A stretch of 61,682 nucleotides of DNA, filler included, from Dimargaris cristalligena (lineage: Eukaryota): the NCBI GenBank assembly GCA_003614675.1. It is 7 parts of 7 records of this genome, joined end to end, with 100 filler letters (N's around TTAATTAATTAA, not from the genome) between each part and the next. Parts side by side here need not be neighbours in the genome. Positions count along the whole stretch, not along the records: positions 1 to 8,786 come from ML003308.1; positions 8,887 to 17,646 come from ML003309.1; 5 more parts are not named here. One strand, 5' to 3'. Both the position numbers and the translations under genes were made by a program. Shown here piece by piece: positions 1-11,740 of the stretch (position 1 is the stretch's first letter; every line of letters starts with the position of its first letter). Below the pieces are notes generated by a model. It was not told where the DNA came from and did not search any database. It worked only from the letters and a program-made list of their open reading frames with translations.

Positions 1-341
1 AACTACAGCGCATGGGAATTGCGCGGGCCCTGGTCAAAAAAGCACCCATATTGCTTCTGGATGAGGCCACGGCCGCTCTGGACACCGCCATGGAGACTGA
101 CATCATGAAGTATATTCGGAATTCCAAGGACTCTCGCACGACGGTGATTATTGCCCACCGGATTTCAACGATTATGGATGCTGACCAAATCGTTGTCCTA
201 GACCACGGCAAGGTTGCCGAACTTGGCACGCATAGTGAGCTAGTGGCCAAGGGCGGTATTTACGCTGAAATGTGGACCAAAACCCAGGCGGACAATAAAA
301 TCAAAATGCTGGCCGTAGTGGATAATGAGATTAATCCCTAA
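1..341 (+). CDS. ABCB-family (ATM1/HMT1-like) ABC transporter, C-terminal part of the nucleotide-binding domain; 5'-partial
   Basis: Frame is open from the window edge: LQRMGIARALVKKAPILLLDEATAALD (post-signature, Walker B, D-loop), IIAHRISTIMDAD (H-loop), GTHSELVAKGGIYAEMW; TAA at 339-341. Confidence 0.85.
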   Translation, partial: LQRMGIARALVKKAPILLLDEATAALDTAMETDIMKYIRNSKDSRTTVIIAHRISTIMDADQIVVLDHGKVAELGTHSELVAKGGIYAEMWTKTQADNKIKMLAVVDNEINP

Positions 342-1087
342 CTTTACATCCACATTCCTATAGTTTACCCCAGTATTGGTTTTTGGGTATCAATATTGTT
401 AATATATACCTATTTCTAATACCCCTCTTCGATTTAGCCATTTATAATATTTTTCATTCATAAACACACTATGACTAATAATAAATGTTCGCGAGCTCGT
501 ATTTTAACGGAATAATCAGGTTCTTTAAGTTAATACAATTTACCGTATACATCTTTGGGTGAACCTCTCCCATATACATTTGTATTCATAAATTTGTGAC
601 GCATAATGCTATTACCAGTATAGAAACAGGGTCAGGCAAGGCTTTCCCAACATTGCAACAATTGATCAGTAGAACTGTCGAGTAGATGGCGCTGTTGAAA
701 TCGCTGCGGGGTTATACCTTTCGAAAATTAGCCGTGGCAGCAACTCCGATTTTGACATTCACAACCTACACACTCCCAGCGCGGGATTGTCAATTCAGGG
801 CATATAGTATATTGGCTTCATATGGCTTGGTCTGGTTGGCCAAAGGGACTGGCTGGTGGGTGGTCCACAGCTGGCTGACATTACAAATACAACGCGGACT
901 GAGACTGAACGCTGTCTTCCCCATCAGTGGCTCCTTCAACCATTTTCTTGCCATTCAAGACCTTAGATTTACTTTATTTTCCTGTTTCGACGCGGCCTCG
1001 TGTGTCATTTAGCTTTCCATTGAGTATTTCGTAGAAAAATTCGCTTTGCCTCGGCCATTCGCTAAACCCATCTAGCCCCTGAATGAC

Positions 1088-4000
1088 ATGGATGCCTTTT
1101 ACAAGTCCCTGACGGCATTTTGCTCGCGATCCGAAAGCCAGGTAGGTTTCTAACCATTGCGGACAGTTGTTCGGTATTGTCTACCAGGCCTTCAGAGACA
1201 TTCGAACACCTTAACGACCAAACCGGCAATATATCGCCAACCAGCGGTTGCTACTTTATTTAGTTCGAGCTGGAGTAAATTCAATACCCTCTTCCATTAC
1301 TTGGGCAGGTATATTCAGTTGTCACTCACTTTCCCTGCATGCTGGCACAACCGTGGGTCATATTGATATTCCTTGTCTTATAGATCGATCATAGCCCACA
1401 CGGAGAATTCCTCGGCGGGTAGGTAGCCTCTATATTAAGCATTGCACGATTCAATGAACGAGACTTCATAAACAACTAGGCGTATTATCACCCAATAGAT
1501 TATATTGTGCGAAACGCACCCCGTACTGTAATCCCCCCATTTACTTATCTCCAAATATATGGCATTTCATATTTAAACACCATATTCTTTTATGATTTGT
1601 GGTGTATTCATTACTAGGTTGTTTGATGATACCGGGACCAAAGGGACTAGTCCGCTGGGTCTACGGGGGTTACCTTCACCTCTCGATTACACTGTACTAT
1701 TGAACCATCTGCCCGAATCGGAGCGTGTCTTTATCGACGCTTTTACAGTCGCCTGGGGTGCGGTGGACGACAAGAAGGAACTTTTTGCCGCCATAACAAA
1801 CTCGCTCCGCGATCACTATAAATGCCTGTCCGTGCTCGACCGCCTGCTGTTCGCCTGCTTTTACGCCATCAAAAATCAAATTTTCGTGGTGAGCGCCGAT
1901 GCCAACCATTCCAATCGCTCCGTCAATACGCCCCAGTCCATTTCCTTCATGTCTCCCGGGCCATTGCATCCGAGTTCACCGCTACCAGGAACTACGGGTG
2001 GTACCCCTTCAATGGCCCGAATGTCATCGATATCGACGCCTATTTCAAACCCCCTGATGAGCCCCACCCTGTCATCCACACGGGTACTATCCAGCCAGTA
2101 CCATAGTCCGGACCGGGCCAAATTTGACCATTTCTCCGAATTCTCGCAGTCCCTAGTAGGGCTCCTGTCAGTCTCCCAGCCCCTCCTCTGGTTAGCCATT
2201 CTTAATTTCGTGACTCATACGATCGAATATCTCGCCCACAAATCCATTGAATACGCGGATAAGTACCTATTTGTCACCCCACTCCAGTGCCCCGGGATCG
2301 TTGAGAAAGGCCTGGTGGAAATCAACCTCCACTTATCCCGACTCCCCCTGGTTCCTCTAGATGCCGATATGATCCACGTATTTCTGAGCACAGTTGACTT
2401 AATACTGGGTGGGCGCCCTTCATCGCGCTTTACTACCACCGGCAGTGGAAATTCCTCGTCGGTCCGGCCCTTTCCTACAGTGTCCCACTACGAACTGATG
2501 CTCATCACTCAGCGCGTGTTCGATTCGTACCCCCATACCCCAATACACTGGTGCCTTCTCCCTCTGACCACTCAGGCCCGCAGCCGTCGGCAGAGACTTG
2601 CCCAGTGCTTTTTACCCACGGATGCAGCCCAGCCACCGGTGGCTGGCCTGCCGCGAACCCTGGAAACCACATTTTTGTCGACCCATCCCGGCAGCCAGCT
2701 GTTCATTCCTGAAATCCGAAATTACATCCAGCAGGATGCGGCGGCGTCGGTTAGCTCAGTGCTTTGGAATCTCCTACAACAACGGGAACACGTTCAGCGG
2801 ATCCAGCAGTTATTGGAGACCGGCTTTCGAGATCCCGCCCAGGCCCGCCGGTTACTTCACAAGGCGGTATTCCGGCGTATCCACCAAACGGCCGAGTACA
2901 TTCGGCAGCACAGCAACTTCGATGATCTCCAGCCCCACTATTTGGAAAATCTCCTCGTCGAGCGGGTTTATATTAACATGCCCGAGCGCCTAACCCTGTG
3001 GCCATTAATGACCGAACTGGGAGAGCAAGTGCTGGCCTTGGCCCAGGCCAATCTCATCGACTTCCCCACCCTGTTTGAGGAAATTTACCGGTATCTGTTT
3101 CCCAACGACCGAGACGCCCCTTCGGTCCGGACCTGCCCTACTTTCCGCCGGGGGGTCCGGGACAATACCTACCTTTGGATTCTGCTGCCGTTATTCTACA
3201 TTGAAGATGAGCGGTCCCCCAGTCTGCGGGAAGACTTTAGCCATAATGAGGACTACTTGGCGAAAATGTCCCATATGTACAACGACCACCAGGCCGTCTC
3301 AGTGGACGCGTTTTTCCTTCGGGATATGGCCCTGCAGTGCATGGTGATGCATCAACAGACCCATATCTCTGACAGTTCCAACCTGAAGTACCGCCATCCG
3401 GCCCTGGATGGGGCGATGCCGCATTTCCGCGTTGTCGCTGAGCTGCAGCGCATCGTGGCTGGGTACCTGTCGGAGCCATGCCGAGCCGGCCCCCCGGAAA
3501 TGTTTACCTTCTTGAGCCAACTGTCCGAGGAAGAGAGCGTCCGGTTCGCCCTCCTATACTACATGCGGCAGGCTTTCATCCAGTCGATTTTATGGCCCGT
3601 TATTCTGCCCCAGTTAGCCCAACCGGAGCTAGAGACGGCCTGCTTCCCCCAGATGCAGTATCAGAAGTGTGGCCGGATAAGCCAACGTTTGTTGGAGTTC
3701 CTCCCCCCTTCGGTGAACGATCAGACCCTCACCATGCTGAATCGGGTCGTTTTGGAACGCTGCCGGAATCCGGATAACTCCGAGAATCAGTGTGCGTCCC
3801 CCTGGGTGCTGGATCTGATGTATCGTCTGGCATTATTGTTGCCCACCTCGTCGGCAGCCCTAGTCAGCGAGTGGCTGAGGCAGCTAGGTCTATTGGACGT
3901 TAGGATTAAGGTTGCAGCGGCCCAATCGGCGGCGTCCGGATATACCCATCCGGGGGTCAAATCGCCCACCGATATACATACGGTATGGCTCTATACTTTG

Positions 4001-7000
4001 GTCCAGCTCCTGGGCTATCGGTTTGTGGGGGCCCTGCGTGACCAGATGCTCCATTACCAATTCCTGGGCTACATCCGTAGCATTACCAACCACTCGTGCC
4101 ACCGCCAGCTGCATCTCGCTGTGGAGACCCTGACCATCCATTTGATGGGAATCCAGGCGGATAAACGGTTCATCCAATGGCTAGCAACCCCCTCCGACCT
4201 GACCCCACAAAGTACGGCACCGCCATCGGGGGGCAATTGGTTCGCGGCTAACGATATGCTAGCCCGTCGGCTAGTAATGACCCTAGCTCGACTCCTTAAG
4301 AACCACCAGTTTGGCTCTACGCTCTCCCGGGGGGCCCTTTATGCATTGCTTGATCGATGCGGAAACGGCCCCCGTATGGTCTGGTCCCGGAATACCCTGG
4401 CTTATTTCCCCGCAGTGCTCCGGCGTTACTATGTGGAGGGCTACCAGAACGTGCAGCGAGCATCCAACAGTAGCGCTGACCCTGCGTCGGCACCCACCGC
4501 CGAGTCGGCTCAGCATCCCCCCCGCCCTAGTACACCCACCAACTTGTCCACGAGCCCCACCGAGGAGCAAGTTAATCATTTGATTAGTGAAAACGATATT
4601 CACAATGTTCTGCTCCCCGGCGGCGCCGACAGTACCGGCGACCAGGCGCTGTCCAAATTCTACGCCAGCGTGGACAAACAGCCCCTCTTCCTGTGTGTAC
4701 TGTGGTACATTGCCGAAGTGCAGAAGGAAATCACCGCTTCGATGATGCCCCACGTGCGGCGTATCATGCTCCTGTTTCCCCCGGCCCATTTAACCTCGTA
4801 CACGACAGCACTCATCGATTTTATCCTGGAGAAGAAGAGCGAGGATTCCCCGTCTAATCTCCCCGGCCTACTACTGGAGGAGTTCGTCTGGACGCACCAA
4901 ATCCTCAGCTTCGACCACGTGATTTTCGCCCTGCTGCGCGGGCACCAGGGTCCCCTGGCCGGGGCCAAGGCCCGCCGCATTTTACGGTACCTGTTATTCG
5001 AATCCCCAGCCCTGCAGCGGCGTTTAGCCCACTGGCGGTCGCTCGGATTTGTGGGTCGTCCCTGGGTGGATCTCCAGCACTACGAACGTATCCGTCAGTA
5101 CCTACTTGAATTCCCCGAGTTTTTCGACTACGAGACCTTCCGTGTGTCGAGCTACACGGAAATGAGTCACATGGCCCCCCTGCAACCGCCCCATACCCGA
5201 CCTCTACCAATTATCTACGAGACCAGTGTCCTCCGCCTGGTCAATCAGGTGGACTACTTGCTCGCCCGCTGTATCGAACTGGAGGACCGGGAGCTACTGC
5301 TGGAACTGCTAACAGGGTTCGGAGACCTAGTCCGGACCCACCACCCTACTCCATTAAAGATGGTGCAGTCCCTGCTGAACTACTATTACGACTCACCCGT
5401 CTTGCGCGATCAGCGCATTCTGCGGGCCCTGGTGTCATTACTCGACCCGGCCCAGTACTACTTTAGCCCCGAATTTAGCCAGCTCTTTGTGGCTGAACCA
5501 GCCCCCGGGGGACCGGAGGTACTTTCGGTAGTCTCCGCCCCGTGGTCGGTGCGGCTGTTAGAACGGGGGGCGGCTCTAACCGAACCCCTCGGCTGTGCCG
5601 TAGAGCTGCACGACCAACTCCCCCCGGCCCATTTCCGCGAATATGTCAATCCCCGCATGTTCGCCCTTCAACAACTGGCGGTCGAAGTCATGGTATTTTC
5701 CCTGGCGGTCGAGGAACATACCGGTAGCGTGGCCAACCCCTTACCTGGGTCGAAACCGGGTGCCCCCTACGGCCAAAATCCCGTTCTGCTGTTTCTGATG
5801 GATACCCTGGCCCGACCCAGTACCATTCGGCTACCCACAACACTGACGCCTGCCGGGCTGCTCCACCTGGCCGGGGCGCTGTTCGCCTTACTACCCGCCC
5901 ACGCCTATACCCGACCGATGGTCGGTGCTCTGATCCACCTCGTCAAAAGTCCCCAAGGGGATAATCTGACCGAACCATCCCCTGTGTGCCTACTCTCCTC
6001 CCTGGTCGGACCCGCCCTTCGGAGCCGATCGAGTCGAGGCGGATCGGAGAGTGACGAGGGTGGTGCCGACTTGGATTCCACCCCCCTGACCCTGGAGGGG
6101 GGCAGCTATCCCCCGCAAGTGGCCTTCGTGCTTAACCCATTCCACATCAACCACACCCACTTTACCGGAAATACGCCTAATGCCCTCCTCACCCTGTTCC
6201 ACAGTTTAGCCGCGTACGGGGATTTGGAGGTCTTCCACTTTCTTCATTTGGCCCTGCGGTCGGCCCGGTCGGCGGCCACGGCGGCCCTAGCCCATACCGT
6301 GCACTTTGCCTTTATCACCACTCCGCATAATGTCCCCCCGGCGGGCCATCTGGCGACCCTCGTAGCGCCCCAGTCGGCGAGTGGTTTCGGACAACACGAA
6401 ATTTCGGGCCATCCGGCGGTGATGCGCTCGTCATTCGGCGCCGTAGCCACGCCCCATACGCCTTCGGCGGCGATCCCCGCGACTCCCGGACGGATTCTTA
6501 AATCATTGGCCCCTTCCCCCGCTACGGGCACGCTCTCGTCGTCCGCCTCCGCTTCCTACCTCCAAACGGTGGGTACGCCCACCCCCCTACGGGGCCTAAC
6601 ACTGCTACCCGGTCAACCACTACAGCGACCGCTGTCTGGGAGCGATATTAAAATCGAACAGCGGACCCTACCCCCTCCCACAGTGGCGACCTTCGATACT
6701 TTCGATGAATTGGGCTCGCCTAATACCCAGCCCCATCTTGATGGTCATGACCATTTCGAGGCAACCGCCGCTGTATTCGAAGGTTCCGCTCAAGCGACCC
6801 TCCATCACTCTTCCCTCCATGTCGATCAGGTGATTGGTCCCAACCATGACCACGGTGGTAGTGGTAATACCGGCGGGGGAGGCAGTAGCAGCGGTAGTGG
6901 AGGAGGAGGACCCCCCTTAACCTCTGACACCCAGTTACTCTATTTGCTCCTGGTGGTGGGCCCCCATCTGCACCGCCTGGACCACGAACCCGTGCTATTC

Positions 7001-7237
7001 CAAGCTATTCTCGGTGATCTTCTCTGGCTATTAGTAGAGGTCCACCACCATCTCCACCTCTACGGACAACGCAGTACCGTGGCGGCCGAAACCGTCCTGG
7101 ATTTCTTTTACCATGCCCGCGGGAACTTCCATACCGATAAACCGGTCTTGTGGCGGGATTTGGAGGCCATCGTGGTCTATTTGCGGGACCCCCTGCGGAG
7201 TCGCCTAATGCCCATTTGTGCGGATCGAAAATTGTAA
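1088..7237 (+). CDS. MED23: Mediator complex subunit 23; exons 1088-1141, 1384-1418, 1618-7237 (~1902 aa)
   Basis: Colinear blocks resembling animal MED23 as I recall it: LYTLVQLLGYR, RQLHLAVET, RRLVMTLAR, WSRNTLAYFP, PLFLCVLW, LPIIYETSVLR, FREYVNP, QLLYLLLVVGPHLHR, LDFFYH. Two GTAGGT...TAG introns join in consistent phase (CAG|ATC and GG|G). Confidence 0.9.
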
Positions 7238-8031
7238 TGTTACTTAGTTTCTGCTTGTGTTACTGTAGGAAAAGGAGGCCCCAGAGGGGTGGTATGTCCA
7301 TTATGTGATGTGAGCAACGCTCATAATGTGTCCATATTTACCAAAAAGGACAAGTGGTGGAAAGGGGAGTTTATTATTATTTCTTGTATTAAACTATTAT
7401 AAACATCGTGCTCCCCGAAATATGGCGATGCCCACAATAGAAATTGAAAAACAGCAGAGTTATGGGTCAACCAACACCACCACCCAAACTGGATAGATGG
7501 ATTATGTACAACATATTGGCTAATTAATTATAATTTTCCAAGAGTCTGGTAGGACCGACAAATCAATTATGCAGCACCACAGTATATAGCCCAACTTCGC
7601 TAACCAAAAACATAGCATTACAGCATGAATGGATTTTGTAGATTTATATAAAATGGTACTGATATAAGTAATTATAAAGCTAGACAAACGAAATAAGTAA
7701 GGCATTGAACAAAATAATAACTACGATACAACCGATCCCACACCAAAGTCACCCAATTATATTACACCGATAGCGAGGCGGTCCATCAGGTGTGGGTCAT
7801 AAAAGGCATGGAACCGGAAAAGAGTGAATTAGATACATGGATGATTATATATAAATATATATAGAAAGAGAGAGAATATGGGACATGCTGCTACTGTACT
7901 TAAATAAGCATATAGGTGTAACTTAAAACTAACGACTGCGAATGAGTTCCAGCTGTTAACGGGGGATAGGGGTGGAGGGGGGTTGGCGTTGCCTTGTTCG
8001 GGCTTTACAGCACATTGAATTTACAAGCCCA

Positions 8032-8154
8032 NNNNNNNNNNNNNNNNNNNNNNNNNNNNNNNNNNNNNNNNNNNNNNNNNNNNNNNNNNNNNNNNNNNNN
8101 NNNNNNNNNNNNNNNNNNNNNNNNNNNNNNNNNNNNNNNNNNNNNNNNNNNNNN
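8032..8154. other. Intra-scaffold assembly gap (123 N, no linker)
   Basis: Run of N without the TTAATTAATTAA tag. Confidence 0.95.
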
Positions 8155-8786
8155 AGCCCGATACCGAAGTGGGACATTCGTAAAGGTCCCAGGCGGGCCA
8201 GTAATGGTCATCGATGCGCAAACTGAGAATGCGGGTAATGCCGGATCGGTTAATAGTGGTGAGTCGGATGAAAAAGTCACCGCTAGTATTCGGCTTGGTG
8301 TCCGGTTTAGCCGAACCCTCCTGATTATCCTCCTCCTCCACCTCTAGGCCGGCGTCGTCCATCTCATTCCCATCCGTGGGTTGTTTAACAGGTTCCTCCG
8401 CGGCCGGTGCGGCTTGGGCGGAGGTGGATTCGGGCGTATGGCACTCGGTTCGCTGACCCTGGGACTTCTTGGCGTCCTTGGCCACCTGGGCGGCCGCGCG
8501 TAGTTCCCGGAGACGGGCCAAAAAGCCGTCCAAATCGTACACGGGTTCGTTATTAATTTCGGTGATCCAAACCCCGGGTTTCAGTCCGTACATGTTCGCG
8601 GGGGACCCGTAGAGGGTACACGAAATGTACAGTTGGCTGGGGATACTCTTGACCTGTTCGTGGACGGCGTGATAAGGTACTTGAATGAGTGCCCCGGCCC
8701 AACCCACCACTCGGCGGGTTTCCATGATGGGGAGGGGAAAAGTAGGTACGGTTAGGGTCATTTCTTGCCCGGCCCGCAAAATGGTG
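8155..8786 (-). CDS. NMA111: HtrA-like serine protease Nma111/Ynm3, C-terminal PDZ region; partial at both ends
   Basis: RRVVGWAGALIQVPYHAV..QV, LYISCTLYGSPANMYGL, WITEINNEPVYDLDGF and the terminal IDDHYWP motif match the Nma111 C-terminus; the frame runs into gaps on both sides. Confidence 0.8.
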
Positions 8787-8886
8787 NNNNNNNNNNNNNN
8801 NNNNNNNNNNNNNNNNNNNNNNNNNNNNNNTTAATTAATTAANNNNNNNNNNNNNNNNNNNNNNNNNNNNNNNNNNNNNNNNNNNN
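8787..8886. other. Artificial contig-joining spacer
   Basis: 44 N + TTAATTAATTAA (8831-8842; stops in all six frames) + 44 N. Confidence 0.97.
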
Positions 8887-8941
8887 TTTCCATCATCTTT
8901 CATATCCTTAAATATCCAAAGTCGTTAAAAATTTCCGCCGG
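8887..8941. repeat. 55-bp exact inverted copy of 9814-9868 at the contig start
   Basis: The reverse complement of 8887-8941 is CCGGCGGAAATTTTTAACGACTTTGGATATTTAAGGATATGAAAGATGATGGAAA, identical to 9814-9868. Confidence 0.95.
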
Positions 8942-9008
8942 ATGCAGACAGGTACTGGTAGACATTCCAGGTGAAGCTGTCGTAATTGTCGATGAGGATA
9001 GTCGGCAT
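8925..9008 (-). CDS. TRP3: N-terminal fragment of an anthranilate synthase component II-type glutamine amidotransferase (TRP3/trpC-like), cut off by the inverted 55-bp segment
   Basis: Not in the ORF track. The minus strand from ATG 9008 reads [41 protein letters not shown] is the canonical TrpG-type start; the last codons and the stop come from the duplicated segment. Confidence 0.8.
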   Translation of the reverse strand: MPTILIDNYDSFTWNVYQYLSASGGNF

Positions 9009-10083
9009 GGCGGTAGCAAAAAAGCTGAGAGGGACTAGGGAGGTTGCCACAAGTCACTCTGGGTCTGAAAAGAAAGGCGAAAGAATGTAGAAGCTCCAGG
9101 TAATGAACGGAAGAGAGCGGTCACAACCAATATGGGAAATATCCAAAAACTACCAGGGGAGCGGATAAAATAGTAAAGCAGAGGTTAAATAGCAATGGAG
9201 GTCGAAGCAGTAGTAGTAATATATATCTTCTATCTGGTACTCAACTTGAACTATACAGAAACTAAGTGAGAGGGATGTTTAGAGAGTAAGAGCATCAACT
9301 ATGCGACTGTGGGGTACGCGATGCCACTAGGTATTTAAACGAATTGCCAATGACACTGCGTACTTTCCCTTAACACCAATAGTTTTGGCAGGCGGCTCTG
9401 AGTCAGCATGGTGTGGCTTGAGCTTCACGCAGCCATCTTCTATTGGTACTCCTTCTCATTTCATTCATTCCCAGTATTCCAGTATAGCCTCGCTGCTGGG
9501 GTCGTCATTCCTATTAATATGACGCACCCCTTGCCAGCGCCCTTGATCACCCTCCTGCCATTTCCCTGTAGAACGAACAAGAATGTGGCACATTAGACTC
9601 TACTCCACCCACACACACATACCAGTCCAGGCATGTCAGGTACTCAGAGGCAGATTAAGTGAGAGCTGGTGAGTCATACGAACCGGCCCAATCACAGCAC
9701 TCGTGGGCCAACTTTGGACTACCGAGACCCCCCATCATAAAAGAGCCATTCGTATCAGGTTGGGAACGATTCAGCAACGAGTACTTTAGATCAGAATAAT
9801 CATAGTGCATCCACCGGCGGAAATTTTTAACGACTTTGGATATTTAAGGATATGAAAGATGATGGAAACTAACCCAATGAAATTGTACGAGTGACCACGA
9901 TCCTAAAAAAGGGTTGGTATGTTTTTAACTAGTTCTATCAGTTCCAGTTAAAGGAAACCCGCACAATGGGGGAAATAGTTAGCGCTACGGTTTGGAAAAA
10001 TCTACCAAAATGAATCGTGGCCAATCATCGTGAGTAAACTGGGTACACCTGATAAATAGCGCATTTAAAAATGCTTAATATAT

Positions 10084-10167
10084 CCGAGAATAGCTCAGTT
10101 GGTAGAGCGGGAGACTGTAGTTTCTAAAGATATCTCTAGGTCCCTGGTTCAAATCCGGGTTCTCGGA
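10084..10167 (+). tRNA. tRNA-Tyr (GTA) with an ~11-nt intron (about 10121-10131)
   Basis: Acceptor stem CCGAGAA/TTCTCGG plus discriminator A; D arm GCTC-AGTTGGTA-GAGC; anticodon stem GGAGA/TCTCT with CT-GTA-G; T arm CCTGG-TTCAAAT-CCGGG. Confidence 0.95.
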
Positions 10168-10172
10168 TCCAC

Positions 10173-10177
10173 TTTTT
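10173..10177 (+). terminator. RNA polymerase III oligo-T terminator of tRNA-Tyr
   Basis: TTTTT 5 nt after the discriminator base, with a second T-run just downstream. Confidence 0.75.
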
Positions 10178-10405
10178 AATCTTTTTTGCCGAACATTTCC
10201 TCGCAGCTATTTTTTATTGTACATGATGTAAATATTGTGTCGCAATTGCTAATGTAAAGTGTTGGTCAGCTACCCCGATTTTTTCGTAGACTATAAAGGG
10301 CGTCTTCATATATGTACGGGTAAAGCATCATTTATAAATCAACTTTAACGTGAATACTCGAATGAAGCATAAATAAATAAAAAATAAACCAGGTAGATAT
10401 TTGAT

Positions 10406-11740
10406 TTACAGCTTGGGGGCACTGGGAATGATACCGCGTTCACGACCAATGGCAATGAAGGCCTCGGCCGCCTGGCGGATCTGGTCTTCGGTATGGGCCG
10501 CCGAGATTTGCACCCGAATCCGAGCCTGGCCGTTGGGCACGACGGGGTAGGAGAAGCCAATGACATAAATGTTACGTTCCAGCATAGCGTTAGCGAATTC
10601 CGCCGCTAGCCGGGCATCGCCGAGCATGACGGGCACGATGGGGTGGTCGTCGCCCTTGATGGTGAACCCGGCCTCGGTCAGCATGGTCCGGAACAGTCGG
10701 GTGTTGCGCCACAGGGGGGGCAACAGGGTGCGTTGGGTGGCGGGACTGGCGAGGAGGTCAAACGCAGCAGCGGCGGCCCCAATAACGGGTGGCGGGAGGG
10801 TGTTGGAAAACAGATAAGGACGACTCTTATTGCGGAGCAGGGCGATAATGTCCCGGTTCCCGGTGGTGTACCCACCGGCGGCTCCGCCCATGGCCTTACC
10901 CAGTGTCGAGTTGACCAGATGCACCCGGTGGCCTACATTAAAGTGTTCGGGGGTACCCCGGCCGGTGGGTCCCAAAAACCCGGTGGCGTGGCAATCGTCC
11001 ACAAAGACCACGGCCCCGTATTTTTCGGCCAGGTCGCAGATACGGTCCAAAGGGGCGATCTTACCGTCCATGGAAAAGACCCCGTCGGTCGCGATCATCT
11101 TGAGGCGGGCCCCGGCCCGGTCAGCTTCCTGCAAACGGGCCTCCAATTCGGCCATATCGCCGTTGGCGTACCGGTAGCGCTGGGCCTTGCAGAGCCGAAC
11201 GCCGTCAATGATGGAGGCGTGGTTCAAGGCATCGCTAATAATCGCGTCCTCTTTGGTCAGCAACACTTCAAAGATACCGGCATTGGCGTCGAAACACGAG
11301 GCGTACAGAATCGTATCTTCGGTACCGTAAAAGTCGGAGATTTGCTTCTCCAGGTCCTTATGGATGGTTTGGGTACCGCAGATAAAGCGCACGGACGACA
11401 GACCCGCACCGTACTTGGCTAAAAAGGCCTGGGCCCGTTCAATGACCTGGGGGTGGGAAGACAGGCCGAGGTAATTGTTGGCGCAGAAGTTGAGCACTTC
11501 CTGCTCAGACTTGCCCGGGGCCTGGACTTTAATGAGATCCTTCTGGGCCGAGGCGATGACCCGTTCGTTTTTGTAAGTACCGGCTTGGCGGATGGCTTCC
11601 AGCTGGTCGGCGACCGCCTTTTGGAAACCAGCGGGCAAGGGGCGGGCGGAGGTGACCATGAAGCGAGTGGTAAGCGAAGAGGTGGCGGTGGGTCGAGTGC
11701 GGCTTAAGGCAATGCGAGCAAAAGCGGCGGGTGAAGACAT
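10406..11740 (-). CDS. KBL: 2-amino-3-ketobutyrate CoA ligase (glycine C-acetyltransferase), mitochondrial
   Basis: NFCANNYLGL, SVRFICGTQ, YASCFDANAG, DALNHASIIDG, DGVFSMDG, DDCHATG, STLGKAMGG (PLP lysine), RPYLFSN, ARIRVQISA; Arg/Ser/Thr-rich presequence-like N-terminus. Confidence 0.95.
   Translation of the reverse strand: MSSPAAFARIALSRTRPTATSSLTTRFMVTSARPLPAGFQKAVADQLEAIRQAGTYKNERVIASAQKDLIKVQAPGKSEQEVLNFCANNYLGLSSHPQVIERAQAFLAKYGAGLSSVRFICGTQTIHKDLEKQISDFYGTEDTILYASCFDANAGIFEVLLTKEDAIISDALNHASIIDGVRLCKAQRYRYANGDMAELEARLQEADRAGARLKMIATDGVFSMDGKIAPLDRICDLAEKYGAVVFVDDCHATGFLGPTGRGTPEHFNVGHRVHLVNSTLGKAMGGAAGGYTTGNRDIIALLRNKSRPYLFSNTLPPPVIGAAAAAFDLLASPATQRTLLPPLWRNTRLFRTMLTEAGFTIKGDDHPIVPVMLGDARLAAEFANAMLERNIYVIGFSYPVVPNGQARIRVQISAAHTEDQIRQAAEAFIAIGRERGIIPSAPKL

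Noticed and set aside
8925-9008. Genuine TRP3 pseudogene implying tryptophan auxotrophy
   Set aside because: The stop comes from the inverted 55-bp segment at the contig edge, so gene loss cannot be concluded.
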